IMG/VR virus record: IMGVR_UViG_3300006749_000012
Span: 1-64,000 of that record
Reading direction: 5' to 3' (one strand)
DNA length: 64,000 nucleotides
DNA from: a virus
Under the pieces are notes generated by a model that ran no database searches, had not been told where the DNA came from, and was given only the letters and a program-made list of their open reading frames with translations. Positions 18,381 through 30,100 of the stretch are shown here, in pieces (positions within the stretch are counted from its first letter, which is position 1; the number at the start of each line of letters is the position of its first letter). The position numbers and the translations under genes are program-made.

Positions 18381-19867
18381 TGAGGTTGTCCGATGTTAAC
18401 AAACTCATACTTGAAATGGATATGGAAATGTCCAAGAAGTCATTTGAGTATTTCTTCACTGACATTTTAGGTTTTGATTTCTCAGACCACCACAAACAGT
18501 GGCTTGATGGATTGAATGGAAATAGATACTATTGTGTCAAAGCAAGCCGTGACCACGGTAAATCTGTTTTCTTTATGTCGTATGCGTTGTGGTTAGGTGC
18601 TTTCAATCCTAATACTCACATCATGGTGTTTAGTCACTCTCTTGAACAAACGCTTGAACACATGAGGTTTATTCGCAACAATATAGAAACGACTGACATC
18701 CTCAAAGGATTGAAACCGCAGGGTAAACCTTGGGCTAAGTCTTACTTTGAATTTACTAACGGCTCTCGTATAATGGCAAAGTCTGTTGGTGGTGCTACTC
18801 GTGGTTTCCACCCTGACGTTGTAGTATGTGACGATATTCTTTGGGGAACCACCACTTCAGAATTAGCAAGAGCGGCTGATTGGTTCTATACTGTCTTGCT
18901 TCCTGTTCTGCATCACACGGGTCGATTAATGATGGTAGGCACTCCTTTCAGTTATAACGACCTGTATGCTGAATTAGAAGATAAAGATACCTTCACGGTA
19001 GAGACTTATCCTGCTATTTTACCTAATGGCGAACCGCTTTGGCCCGGCAGATGGCCGCTAGATGCATTGAAAGTTCGTGAAGAATCTATGCCTGCAATCA
19101 AATTCGCTCGTGAATATCTTTGTGAGCCTATTCACGATATGTCAAGTATGTTTCCAATGTCACTTCTTGAAAAGGCAAGGGACAAAGAGTTGATTTTACT
19201 TGATAAGGCCGAGCAAGAATTTGATGAAAATGGCGACCCTAACGGAATATTCGGCCAACACTTTGTAGGTTGGGACCCTGCTATTGCTTCGGATGCGAAC
19301 GCTGACTACACTGCTATGGCGGTAATCAGAATGTTACCTGACACAGATGAAAAACAGTTGATACACGTTGTCAATCAAAAAGGTCTGAACAGTATGGCTC
19401 AGAAAAGACAAATCATTATGCTCAATAGTAGATTCCAACCTGACCTTATTGAACTTGAAGGTAATAATTTCCAACGTATGTTTGAAGCAGAATTGAAAGA
19501 AATGAAAGAAGATATACCAATTAAGACATTTATGACTACTCGACAAAAGAAGGAGTCTATGTTTATGAGTTTACTTTTAGCGTTTGAACAAGGTCAAATG
19601 AAAACACCTTGGGGAGATGAAAGAAGCAAAGAGTTTACAAGAGCGCTTGAAACCCAACTTAGCAGATTTGGAATGCAAAAGAATGGTAGGTTAGAGTCAG
19701 TAGGCTCCCATGATGACTTGGCTATGGCTTTGGCTTTGGCTAACTGGGCGACTAAAGAGTTCAAAGGTAGCATAGTATTACTAGATGATTACCTTAACGG
19801 ATTCGATGATTGGTTTGGAGATGTATCTCAAAGGCACGTTGCTGGTGCAAGGTGGTTTACGATATAA
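18380..19867 (+). CDS. terL: Terminase large subunit
   Basis: Walker A ASRDHGKS, Walker B VVVCDD, motif III VGTP, RNase H-like nuclease VGWDPA...HDDLAMALALA. Confidence 0.95.
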   Translation: MRLSDVNKLILEMDMEMSKKSFEYFFTDILGFDFSDHHKQWLDGLNGNRYYCVKASRDHGKSVFFMSYALWLGAFNPNTHIMVFSHSLEQTLEHMRFIRNNIETTDILKGLKPQGKPWAKSYFEFTNGSRIMAKSVGGATRGFHPDVVVCDDILWGTTTSELARAADWFYTVLLPVLHHTGRLMMVGTPFSYNDLYAELEDKDTFTVETYPAILPNGEPLWPGRWPLDALKVREESMPAIKFAREYLCEPIHDMSSMFPMSLLEKARDKELILLDKAEQEFDENGDPNGIFGQHFVGWDPAIASDANADYTAMAVIRMLPDTDEKQLIHVVNQKGLNSMAQKRQIIMLNSRFQPDLIELEGNNFQRMFEAELKEMKEDIPIKTFMTTRQKKESMFMSLLLAFEQGQMKTPWGDERSKEFTRALETQLSRFGMQKNGRLESVGSHDDLAMALALANWATKEFKGSIVLLDDYLNGFDDWFGDVSQRHVAGARWFTI

Positions 19868-19873
19868 TTATAT
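19863..19873 (+). promoter_or_regulatory. Putative TATA box upstream of LAGLIDADG-domain/portal genes
   Basis: TATAATTATAT ~25 nt before ATG 19897. Confidence 0.45.
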
Positions 19874-19896
19874 GACACCAAAAATTGGAGATTATT

Positions 19897-21204
19897 ATGT
19901 GGTCAAGTTTGAGTGTTGGGGATTCAGGGACTCATATCGAAATGGGTCACGATATATTGAATATAATAGCATCAAGTCTAGTAAGTCATCCTTTAGTAGA
20001 CGAAAACATTGCTAAATCAATTGCCTCTCAAAGCGTGATTGTTACTAAAGAAAACACTCCTAAGATTCAATACATGCCGTTTGCTCCCACTGGCGAGGGC
20101 TGGTTTGAGGATAAAATAGGCAAAAGTGCTAACAGTATTATCAGAGATTTGAGGAAAGCACGTAGGATATTCAAAGAAGATAAGGAAGAAATAGACAATA
20201 TCATATCAAATGTAAGAGCGTTAAAGAGTTCTGAAGTAGATGCTACTTTAGCACTGCTTTCTTGGGGAGACAGTTACAAAGACTCTATGCGTAAGATGGG
20301 ATTATCTGACAAAGATTTGAGGTCGTTAAGATTATTCGGTGATGCTAGGAAGTCTAGTTTGATTAGAGCATGTAATCTTTGGAACAGTGCAGAGGATGCG
20401 TTAGTTAAGTTAGACGAATTTGAAGACGTTTGGGGTGAAGAAGAAAAGAACGCATGGGTCAATGCTATGCAGTTGAAAAAAGACGCTAGGTCTATGTGGA
20501 GAAGCGCCCTTCACCAATTTGATAATATATCAAAAGAACAACAGAAGTGGTTAAATTTGTCAAAAGAAGAACTCAAACAAAAAGGTGCCATGTCTGCGAG
20601 GGCTATCGCTAGTAACTTGATTGAAAAAGGAGTTAAAAGACTGAACTCTAATAGGTTGTCAGGCTTGTTGAATATGTATGGTGAAGAAATCAATATCATA
20701 AAAGGGCACAGAAAAGGCGAGTATGTGTATATGGGCCGTGATGGTCTTATAATCAAAGACAATTGGGCTTATGCGGCAGGGTTTCTTGATGCCGATGGTT
20801 ACATTACTATAACTGAAAGAGGTGAGCCAAGAGCGGGATTTTTAGCAACAGGTGACAGAGGTCGTATGCATTGCGAAGAATTGCATAAAAATATAGGTGC
20901 AGGGGTTTTGCAATTAGACCAAAAGATATTTTCAAATAGTCAGAAAAGCCAGCATAGGGTTACTTTTTATGCCAAAGATGATTTGAATAAACTATTGAAT
21001 AACCTAACCCCTCATTTAAGGATGAAAAACATGCAAGCGAAGGCAGTTTTGGCATATATCGAAGAAAGCGACCCAGTAAGAAAAACTCAATTAAAGCGCT
21101 TTGTGCAATTTTCTAATAGAGACGGAACTACCAAAGGTGAGGACTCTTTGCGTCAGTGGGGAGTAGACAAAGATACTGTGATAAGTTGGGCGGAGGGATT
21201 GTGA
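19897..21204 (+). CDS. Protein with helical N-terminus, winged-helix-like segment and C-terminal LAGLIDADG endonuclease domain
   Basis: WAYAAGFLDADGYITI motif, then LTPHLRMKNMQA typical of LAGLIDADG folds. Confidence 0.8.
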   Translation: MWSSLSVGDSGTHIEMGHDILNIIASSLVSHPLVDENIAKSIASQSVIVTKENTPKIQYMPFAPTGEGWFEDKIGKSANSIIRDLRKARRIFKEDKEEIDNIISNVRALKSSEVDATLALLSWGDSYKDSMRKMGLSDKDLRSLRLFGDARKSSLIRACNLWNSAEDALVKLDEFEDVWGEEEKNAWVNAMQLKKDARSMWRSALHQFDNISKEQQKWLNLSKEELKQKGAMSARAIASNLIEKGVKRLNSNRLSGLLNMYGEEINIIKGHRKGEYVYMGRDGLIIKDNWAYAAGFLDADGYITITERGEPRAGFLATGDRGRMHCEELHKNIGAGVLQLDQKIFSNSQKSQHRVTFYAKDDLNKLLNNLTPHLRMKNMQAKAVLAYIEESDPVRKTQLKRFVQFSNRDGTTKGEDSLRQWGVDKDTVISWAEGL

Positions 21205-22970
21205 TGGCAGAGAAAAAAGGAAGGGTAGGTAGACTGTTAGAGACTATCGCTAGTCCATTCCGTAGACGAGCCACTCCTGAACCTCAAATGCCACTTTGGA
21301 CTACTGGTATACAAGAGCCAGTATTAGTTCAAGGAATTACCATACCAGCGCTATATGCAGTGGCTAATGAAAATTTAATTTTAAGAACAGTGCTCACTAC
21401 TCTACAACAAGAAATATTCAGAAGGGGATATTATTGGGAAAAGAAGTTTCATAAGAAATGCACAGATTGTGATAAAGAATACCAACACGATGTTGAAACT
21501 TGCGTTGAGTGTAGTGGTGACGTTCGTGACCCTGACCCGGACCAACTTGTTTACGGCAGGTGGCTGTTGGAACAGCGCAACTCCATGGAGCAAACATTCA
21601 TGGATGTCTTGCGTGAAATTGAGTATGACTTGAATATAACTGATGATGCTTTCTTAATTCTTATTAAAGAATATTACATAGACCCTGAGACAAACGAAGT
21701 ATCATTTTATCGTGTAAAAGAGATAGTGAGAGGCGACCCCATTTTTATGAGGATAATAGCAGACAAGCGTGGGGTTAGAGGGGGCCGTTTCAGAGTTTGC
21801 CCTATCCATCGTAGTCAAGTAAAGTCTTACTCCGAGCAAGAAAAATATTGCGAAATATGCGGTGGTGAGATGGAAGATGTTCATCACGTAAACACAGCCG
21901 GTAGTGGAAAGACTCAATATTATTTGAAAGGAGAAGTAATACACGTCAGTAAATACCAACCATCTAAATTATATGGGCGCAGTCCCGTATCTACACTTTG
22001 GCGACAGGCTATGACGTTGACCGCTATGGACAACTACATGTATACTGCTTACTCAAAGCGTAGAATACCTAGAGGTATATTGAGTGTGAGCACTGACAAT
22101 CTTGAGTCAATGAAATCTTTCTTCAAGGCTACTGATGAAAAATTAGAGCGTGACCCACACTACATTCCTAAGATTGGTGTTGAATCCAGCACTGGTCGTG
22201 GTGGCATTAACTGGGTCAAACTAATGGACAGCCTAGAGGAAATGCAGTATATACCTGCGAGAGATGAAATGAGGCAACGTATAGCAGCCTTCTATGGTGT
22301 ATCTAATGTATTTATGATGGACACTGGTAAATCCGGTGGACTCAACAATGAAGGTATGCAGATACTCGTTACTAACAGAGCAGTTGAGTTCGGACATAAA
22401 GTATACAAAGACCACTTGTTCCCAAGATTATCAGAGCAAATGGATATTACAGATTGGCAAATCACTCTATATCCAAACGAAGAAGAAGACGAGGTTACTC
22501 GTTTACGCCGTGATGAAATGGAAGTAAATATAGCACAACGTATGATGATGATGGGCTACCAACCTAACTTAACAGAGGATGCGAATCGAGACATACGTTT
22601 CATTTACAAGCAACCTGAGCCGGGCCAACAACCTCCTGCTGGTCCACAGCAAGGTAGAATGCCTCCGGGCGGAATGCCTATGGGAGGTATGCAAATGGGA
22701 GGAGGCATGGGAACTCCCGGCGCTCTCCCTAGTCGAAATATTTCACCTCAAGGGGCCGCTCAGTTAGCAAGGCAATCGCAAATGGGTATGGGTCAACCCG
22801 GAGGAGAGGGGATGGGACTAAGGAATAGAGGCCCTGCTAGCCCTCAAAATAGAACCAGTATGGGGGCGGGTGCGCCTTTTTCTAGCGTCCAACAAAGAGG
22901 CCCTCAGCCTAGTGGTGTCCAGCAAGCAGCACAAAGTGTAGTTAATGCGAGAAATCCAAGGGGTGCTTGA
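21204..22970 (+). CDS. Portal protein with two zinc-ribbon insertions
   Basis: Position after TerL; YGRSPV, IPRGIL, RIAAFYGV portal motifs; CTDC..CVEC and CPIH..CEIC; G/M/P/Q-rich tail. Confidence 0.9.
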   Translation: MAEKKGRVGRLLETIASPFRRRATPEPQMPLWTTGIQEPVLVQGITIPALYAVANENLILRTVLTTLQQEIFRRGYYWEKKFHKKCTDCDKEYQHDVETCVECSGDVRDPDPDQLVYGRWLLEQRNSMEQTFMDVLREIEYDLNITDDAFLILIKEYYIDPETNEVSFYRVKEIVRGDPIFMRIIADKRGVRGGRFRVCPIHRSQVKSYSEQEKYCEICGGEMEDVHHVNTAGSGKTQYYLKGEVIHVSKYQPSKLYGRSPVSTLWRQAMTLTAMDNYMYTAYSKRRIPRGILSVSTDNLESMKSFFKATDEKLERDPHYIPKIGVESSTGRGGINWVKLMDSLEEMQYIPARDEMRQRIAAFYGVSNVFMMDTGKSGGLNNEGMQILVTNRAVEFGHKVYKDHLFPRLSEQMDITDWQITLYPNEEEDEVTRLRRDEMEVNIAQRMMMMGYQPNLTEDANRDIRFIYKQPEPGQQPPAGPQQGRMPPGGMPMGGMQMGGGMGTPGALPSRNISPQGAAQLARQSQMGMGQPGGEGMGLRNRGPASPQNRTSMGAGAPFSSVQQRGPQPSGVQQAAQSVVNARNPRGA

Positions 22971-22999
22971 GGAACATTAAAGTTATGAGGTGTGTTGGG

Positions 23000-23341
23000 A
23001 TGACTATGGACCTGAAAAAATTAGACCCTATGGCTCGTAAATTGAGGACGCATGTAGACGGGTTTTACAAGGCACTAGAATCAAACGACGGTATGTCTGC
23101 TCGCAATCACATTGCTGAAGTAATGAAGTATGCTGATTACCTAAGTAACGACATAGAAAGCGCTGTCGTCAAAGAAGACCATGTTTTGGGAGTCAACGAC
23201 CGATTCGCCGGTGGAGTTCCTGTTATGAAAATGACAGAAGTTCAAAGCGTTCACGAAACCACAACAAATGTTCTACCGGGAACCATTCGCACTTCTAGGT
23301 TTGGTAATATCAACAGGCGACTATCTAATAGAACATTGTGA
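23000..23341 (+). CDS. Hypothetical head-region protein
   Basis: ATG 23000/23006 after GAGGTG; AVVK|E site. Confidence 0.6.
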   Translation: MTMDLKKLDPMARKLRTHVDGFYKALESNDGMSARNHIAEVMKYADYLSNDIESAVVKEDHVLGVNDRFAGGVPVMKMTEVQSVHETTTNVLPGTIRTSRFGNINRRLSNRTL

Positions 23342-23350
23342 GGTGATTAC

Positions 23351-23722
23351 GTGAGCGATGAGGGGGAGAATGTCGCAGAGCGCCTTATGGGTGCTTTGAT
23401 TACTAAAATGGAAGTTATGGATGCGGGTATCCAAACACTGAAGGCTGAGAATCAACAACTTAAAAAAATGATTCAGAATCCTGCGGCACTTTTGAAAAAA
23501 GCAGGTTTCGTATCTATAACCACTCAGATGCCATCGGACGTAACAGTAGATGGCTTTAGGGGAGATGTAGACGATTTTATACTAAAAGGTGAAGGTGGAG
23601 AGATAATAGACGTGCCTACTAGCAACGCAGATTTCCACAAAATGGAGTGGGCTGATATTCACGCTTTGGCCGAAGAAGCCAAGCAAAATGGTGCGATAGG
23701 GAATCAAATAGGAATGGAGTGA
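23351..23722 (+). CDS. Coiled-coil protein with scaffold-like C-terminal motif
   Basis: GTG after GAGGTGA; C-terminal MEWADIHALA resembles MSWDDVHSLA of the protease-scaffold. Confidence 0.65.
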   Translation: MSDEGENVAERLMGALITKMEVMDAGIQTLKAENQQLKKMIQNPAALLKKAGFVSITTQMPSDVTVDGFRGDVDDFILKGEGGEIIDVPTSNADFHKMEWADIHALAEEAKQNGAIGNQIGME

Positions 23723-23726
23723 TATT

Positions 23727-24119
23727 ATGAGGCCAAGATTTGAATTAGCAAACGACCAAGCGTATGAATTGTTGAAAGCGGCTAAAGATTTAGAAGCAAG
23801 GATAGCAAAGAAAGAAGGTAGTATGCCTGACTATACTAGTCAAAAAGAAGGCTCTGACGTAGGTCACTATCGATTTGAAACAGCAGTTGGTCAAGTTCCT
23901 AACACATTTTACTATACAAACAATACAGTTCCAAATGTAGAGGACATTGCCAACAAAGGAGCAATATCTGAAAACAGCGACGTTTTGACTAGAGAATCTC
24001 CTTACTATCCTACTGCGTTTAGCACGACAGGTGCTCTTGAAAACTTCAAGGGTGGCGACGGTCCGACCATGACCGATGTAAAGAAGTCACTAGACCGATT
24101 GTCCAGCCGTCTGAATTAA
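23727..24119 (+). CDS. Hypothetical head-region protein with AYELLKA tag
   Basis: DQAYELLK|A; C-terminal VKKSLDRLSSRLN resembles scaffold helices. Confidence 0.65.
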   Translation: MRPRFELANDQAYELLKAAKDLEARIAKKEGSMPDYTSQKEGSDVGHYRFETAVGQVPNTFYYTNNTVPNVEDIANKGAISENSDVLTRESPYYPTAFSTTGALENFKGGDGPTMTDVKKSLDRLSSRLN

Positions 24120-24135
24120 ACGGCTGGTGGTGTTA

Positions 24136-27100
24136 ATGCGAGAAGGTCCACTTGATACCTTAGATAGGCATCGCTTAACCTTCGTAGATTCACTATTCGA
24201 CGGTATAGGGAAAGCAGATGCCGGTGCTGATTTTTATTTGTCTGCAATAAGTGCAGAAAGAAAGGGGTATAAATTAAGCGTAGATGATGAAACTCTTATC
24301 AAAATGTTTGGCAGTATAATTGCTAAACAGGACGAGCAAGAAGTTACTGGTTCGCAAGTATACGACTTAGGTAACGAGGTAGAAGATTCAACTCTTAGAG
24401 AAACTGGAGTTTCACAGTTTGATGTGGCTACTGATTTAGGTAGTAGAGGAGATGCTTTGTCAGATAATCCTTCTTACAAAACAGACCGAGTTATGCATGC
24501 TGAGCCGGGAAGTGCTGGTAATTTAGCAGGTCATAAGTGGAATATGGAAGACGGAGATTTGGTTGAAGACCCGCATGCTACAAGTAATTACATTGGAGAT
24601 GTGCAAGAAAGGTTTGTTGACCATTTAGGTGACTTTTTTCTTGCTGATAATCCGATAGATGAATCGCAGTCTCAAATAGACCATCACAAAGAATCCTCTT
24701 GGGAGGACTGGACTAACAGTAATGAGCATGACTTTTTACTAAATGAACATCATTTCGGTAGGTTAGGGACAGTGGGTAACGATTACCTTACCAATCACAG
24801 TCTTTATCAACATCATTACAATCAATGGGAAAGAGATAACGCAGACAGGATTGATGAGAGAAAACAAATACTATCTCAGCAAGGTATGGACGATAATGAA
24901 ATCGAACACGAGATGCAAAAAATTCACATGGACCAAGTAAAAAGAGATTGGCAAGAAAATTTAGGATTCTTAGATTTCATGCTTGGATTAGAATGGCTTA
25001 CTCCTGAAGAAAGAAAGTCCTTTTATGACCATGTTGAGGAATACGGTGCATCTGATATTACTCAACCTTTCAAATTAAACAGGCACAATATGGCGGGAAA
25101 TCCTGATTTCATACCGAGAGCGAAAAGAAACTTTGCTCAAAGGTTTTCAGGACTCTACGACTCTTGGACTAGGGGCGCAGCCTACCCCGGACAGGGTTTG
25201 AGAAAAGAACCAATTGGATTGCCCGATGATGTTCGGGTAGTAGAAAGAGCGCACAATACTCTTGCGTTAGATGAACATAGAAGTCCCGGTAAGACTGGCT
25301 CTGCTATGGAAAGGGCCATTGCCTACATGAATGAAATGATGAGAGATTATTACTTTGACCAAATGCCTAACCAAACGCCTCCTCAATATAGTGCTAGCGA
25401 TATACCTACATTTACAGAATTAGAAGATGGAAGTTTCGATGTCGATACAGTTCCTAGATTTAAAGCAGATAAAAAAAGCAAATTCGGTGGTAGATACAGT
25501 CATGTTTCTTATGATGCGTTAAAACTCATGCTTGGTATAGATGAAAATAATCAAATCTTTGAAGATAACTCTCATCCGGTATGGGGCTCATACTGGAAAA
25601 AGGATAACGCCCCTTTCTCTCAAGAAGAAGTGGACAAGATAATGGATAGTAGGGGCAAGGCTGCTAAGCAACTAGCGGCCTCCGGTAGAATGAGTAAAAA
25701 CCATGGCTACATGCATTATGGTCATCACATAAATGGTGACAAATACGATTACTCAGATGATGATAATACGCTTGCTACTTATTGGCACAGTATGTATACT
25801 GGAGGAGGATTAGGTAAAATGCCTAATGATTTGTTTGATTTGATACATCATCATAGCGTATTGTTTGAGCCGGACTACGCTTCTGACGAAGGGGCACAGA
25901 CTGAAGAAAAAACTGCTAGGCAACTGCAAGCAGAATTAGATGATGAGAAGGACTTTTTATCCGCTGCACAAATAGATGAGAGAGAGGAGCAGATACGAAG
26001 TAAAATTCGTGAAGAAATGTTGAGGGAGGAATACGGGGAAGAAGAAACTTCGACTGATGACATTCCTCTGAAAAGAAGAATGGATGGGGCACAAGAGCAT
26101 AGTCTATTTTTCTCAAGAACTGGTAATAGCATAATGCCTAGGGTTAGATTAGATAGTCAGTTAGAAAGAGTGGACTCAGGGTTATCTTCTCTATTAGGTC
26201 CTTTTGGTCAACCTGAACTAGGTTTGTTCAATATGATTGCTGGGCAAGGTAAAATGGACCAAGTTAGTTTTAGAGGTGACATTCAAGATTCTTTGAAAAA
26301 TATGGGACCTTCTAATGTTAATTTTAGCAGAAGTCAGAAGGGTTCATCAGGTGAAAATCTCGATATGGCTAGACACAGCGGAACGGTTGACAGCGCTCAT
26401 AAAAACAAAGTATTTGGTGAATACAACAGTGCTACCCAGTCAGGTAATTACGATGAGGAGGCTAGACAAGCAGCCCATGCTGAGATGATTGGTCGAGATT
26501 CAATAGGGTTGAGTATCCATAATCCCTTCGTTAGCGGTGCGGGTAGATTCGATGAAATGGGTCAGCGGAACAGAAATGCTCACCATCACAAACTTACATC
26601 TTATCTTTTGGGATTTGCTAGACCGCCTATGTCTCCTTTGAAACAACCGCTAACTAGAGAAATGAGTAGGCGACCTGAGCACCTTGAACATCACCCCTTA
26701 GCGAACCCTGAAGATATGGAAAGTATCAAGAGAAGGCAACTAACTTCTTCTAAATTTGATATTGAGCAGGAATTATCTAATTTAAAAGAAGAATACGAAA
26801 CTAATTTGAGTCGCACAGATGACGAAGATAAACGTCAAGAACTCAAAGAAGAATATGAGAGAAGAAAAAATAGACTAGAATCCGATGGTCAATTCGTATC
26901 AGAAGACGCTGTGAGAGAAGGAATTGTGCAACAACCACCCGGATTACTTTACAGTAGATTGAGTGCGAGTGAACCTATTACAGAAGAAGAAGAACGATTT
27001 ATCACTTTGTCAGATTTATCTGCTACTTTACAAAGTAGGTTATTTGAATTACAAGACCCTGAAGGCTTTGCTAGAGACAGCCAAAGTAGGGGTATCAAGC

Positions 27101-30100
27101 AAGTCGCTGACGAGTTAGGTCAAACTAGTTCTTTGCAACGACAAACTAGTGAGGAACGTGAAAAAGACTTCACAGAATTAGGCAGCATGCTCGGCTTAGA
27201 TATGAGTGACCCTGACGCAGTTCAAAATAAATTGAAAGAACTAACTGGACAACTAAGTGAATTGGAGCCAGCGCTGAATAGACTTGGTGGAGGTTTAGGT
27301 ATGGTGGGTATGAGAAGACTACCAAAACACCAAGATGCCTATGTGAGTCGCTTTAGAGACAAATTACATGCTGACACTTTAGCGATAAGAGATGCAGCGA
27401 TTCATTTGGTTGAAAATGAAATAGACCCCAATATATTATCTGAGATTCTTAACCCTAACTTACCAATTGAAACAGTAGCAGCCAACGTCAGAATGTTGGC
27501 TAGAATGGCTAACGAATATTTACACAAAGCACCTCATCAAGACCATGGTATACACACTTTAGGGCACGGTGAGCACAATGAAGAAGGAGATTCTGCACAA
27601 CAAGCACTGGGTCAAATCAGAACAGATTTGAATAACCACGATAACAGTTTGACTCCCAGTGATAATTTAAGTTTAATACAGGCTAGTCAAAGTGACTCTC
27701 CACAAGAAAAACAAGCCTTGCTAAGTCAACTTGCTGATAAATTAGGTATAGACAAAGATGACCCAAGGCAAATTGATACTTTGGCTAGGTTAGCAGATGA
27801 ACACATGCTCGATGCCATAAAGCAAAATGGCACTGGTTATTCTCCACCTATAATGACCATAAGGCAATACTATCAACAACAGTATCCTGATTTCAATATA
27901 GAAGAAGCCCTGACTTCTCTTGGTAGATTTCGCAGTCGTGAAAAGGGGTTAGAATTGTTTAACAATTTGAAAAGACTAGAATCGAGTCTTAGCCAATCTC
28001 CTGAAAAATACGGAGTTAAATTGCACACTGCAAACAACTCGGACGATAGAGAAATTGGACCTGAAAAGACTTTGAGGAGGAAGGGTAAGATTGGAGACAA
28101 CGAATACACTGTAAAACCAACCAAAGCAGGCGGAAAGTCATCTGTAAAAAATGAAAGTCAGGTATTCAGAGCCAAACAGATGTTAGATTCTATTTTGGTA
28201 GGTATGCCTGAAGTAGAAGAAATCGATACTAGTGTAACTAGAAGGGGTATGGGCAGAGTCCCTGTTGATAGATTCGGGCCTAATTCTCATTCCGTCCATA
28301 GTCTATATGATTCGGCAGGGTTTAGGCACGAGCAAGGTGATTTATTCCGTCCTAATTTCAATTTCAAAATAAACCCTAGGGGTAAAGTCAAGTTAGAATT
28401 AGTTGACCCTATGAACAATCCTCAAAAACTGTTGCAACCCTTAGAGTCTTTTTGGGAGGCAGCATTATCAGATAAATCAAAACTCTTTCCTCCCGAATGG
28501 TTAGAAATGTTAAGAAACCCTGAACACGCTATCGCAAGGGAAAGCCTCAACAATCCTTTCAGATTTGCTGCTCAAAGAAAACCAAATAGTATAGATGCTA
28601 CTAGGAACCAAGATGCTCACTCCACTACTAAGTCTGAAATAGGGTTAGCAGACTTAACTAATCCTGACATAATCCGTAAAGAACTTGGTAGTAAGGTTCC
28701 CTTGTTACAACCAATGCATCGCATTTTTAACATAAGTGATTTAGAGCATCTTCGTGGATTTACAGGCGACTGGATAGTTTCTCACATGCCTGAAGGCGAA
28801 AGAGGATTTGTAGAAAAGAAAGACGACGAAGTTTCATCCAAGAGTTTTGATTTATCTGATGATGATAAAGATAATTTCAAAGAGGTAACCGACGAAGATT
28901 TCAACGCTGATGTAATTAAATTAGAAGACGGATACTACATATTTGATGTCATTGAGTTTGCTGGTAAAGAAGTGCACGATGTTCCATTAGATGACCGTAT
29001 CAAAATACTTAGAGGTGGTATGGAAGGAGTAGAGAACGTCCATCTCCCAAGCGCTAGTGACACGAGATTGTCAGACGATATAGGTTTGAAATCTGTGGTT
29101 AAAGATTTGCAAAAAGAGCATGAGAATATATTGCTTAGAGATGCAAAGTCAGTTTATATGGCTGGCGAAATGCGTCACCCAAAGTGGGTCATGTTGAAGC
29201 CGGGTAGAGATGTGGTTCTCAGGGTATTGGAAAAAAGGGGAAGCGGACCCTACACTTACAGATTAGGAACAGGACCTATTACACAAGATGACAAGATAGG
29301 GGATAGAGCAGTTCAATCCGATGGTGAAACTTACATGGACTTAGGCGCAGCCTTCAATAGTCCTGACAAGTATAACGTCGGTGACCACGTTAGAGTGAAC
29401 GTCGCTAATGTGAGTAAAGTAGAATCTGCTGAAGATGATACGATATATACATTGACAGGTTCAGAAATAGAAGGAGAAGCAGAAGGCGAGGGCTTAGTTA
29501 GTCAAGAGACACTTGGTATGCTAGCCAAGTCAGATAACATTCAATGGTTGTGCGAAGTTCATAGAGCCAAAAGTGGAATCAGAGTGGTAATGCCACAAGG
29601 CGATGTAGTTTACAAAGCCACTGAATCTTTGGGAGCATGGACTGTCCATAGTCCATTAGCATCGAATAACTATCTCATTCGACTGTCTGAAAGTCAGAGA
29701 GTATACTGGAGTCCTATTGCTGGTGCTTTACTGAAAGCAGATTTAGAAGTAAAAGAAGAAGTTCATGAAAGCAAAGGAGATGGCAAGCCCCTCATACCTC
29801 CTAAGAAAATACAAGATGCACAGTGGTGGAGAAAGAAAAAAAAGCAAAAGATTCTAGTCAAAGGATTAACCTTGATTGATAAATTTATGAAAAGTGGAGT
29901 AGGTGCAGTTGGTCAATCGAGCACTGGCGCTATGGGGTTAGGTATAGGATACGCTACTCCGATAGAATCTCCTATGGGTCCAACTAATTTGCATGATGAA
30001 AAAACTATGCCTGATTATGATAATCGCAAACGACCGGGTGAGGATTCTCCCATAGAGCCTGATACAGAGGAAAAAGACGAAGATAAACGCATGACTGTGC

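Noticed and set aside
18380-21204. Intein or group I intron in terminase carrying the LAGLIDADG domain
   Set aside because: TerL is complete with all motifs; the endonuclease is in a separate ORF with no intein C1/HN-C signatures
28700-29530. Functional ATP-dependent DNA ligase gene
   Set aside because: Catalytic motif I Lys and other conserved residues are substituted; reported as degenerate instead
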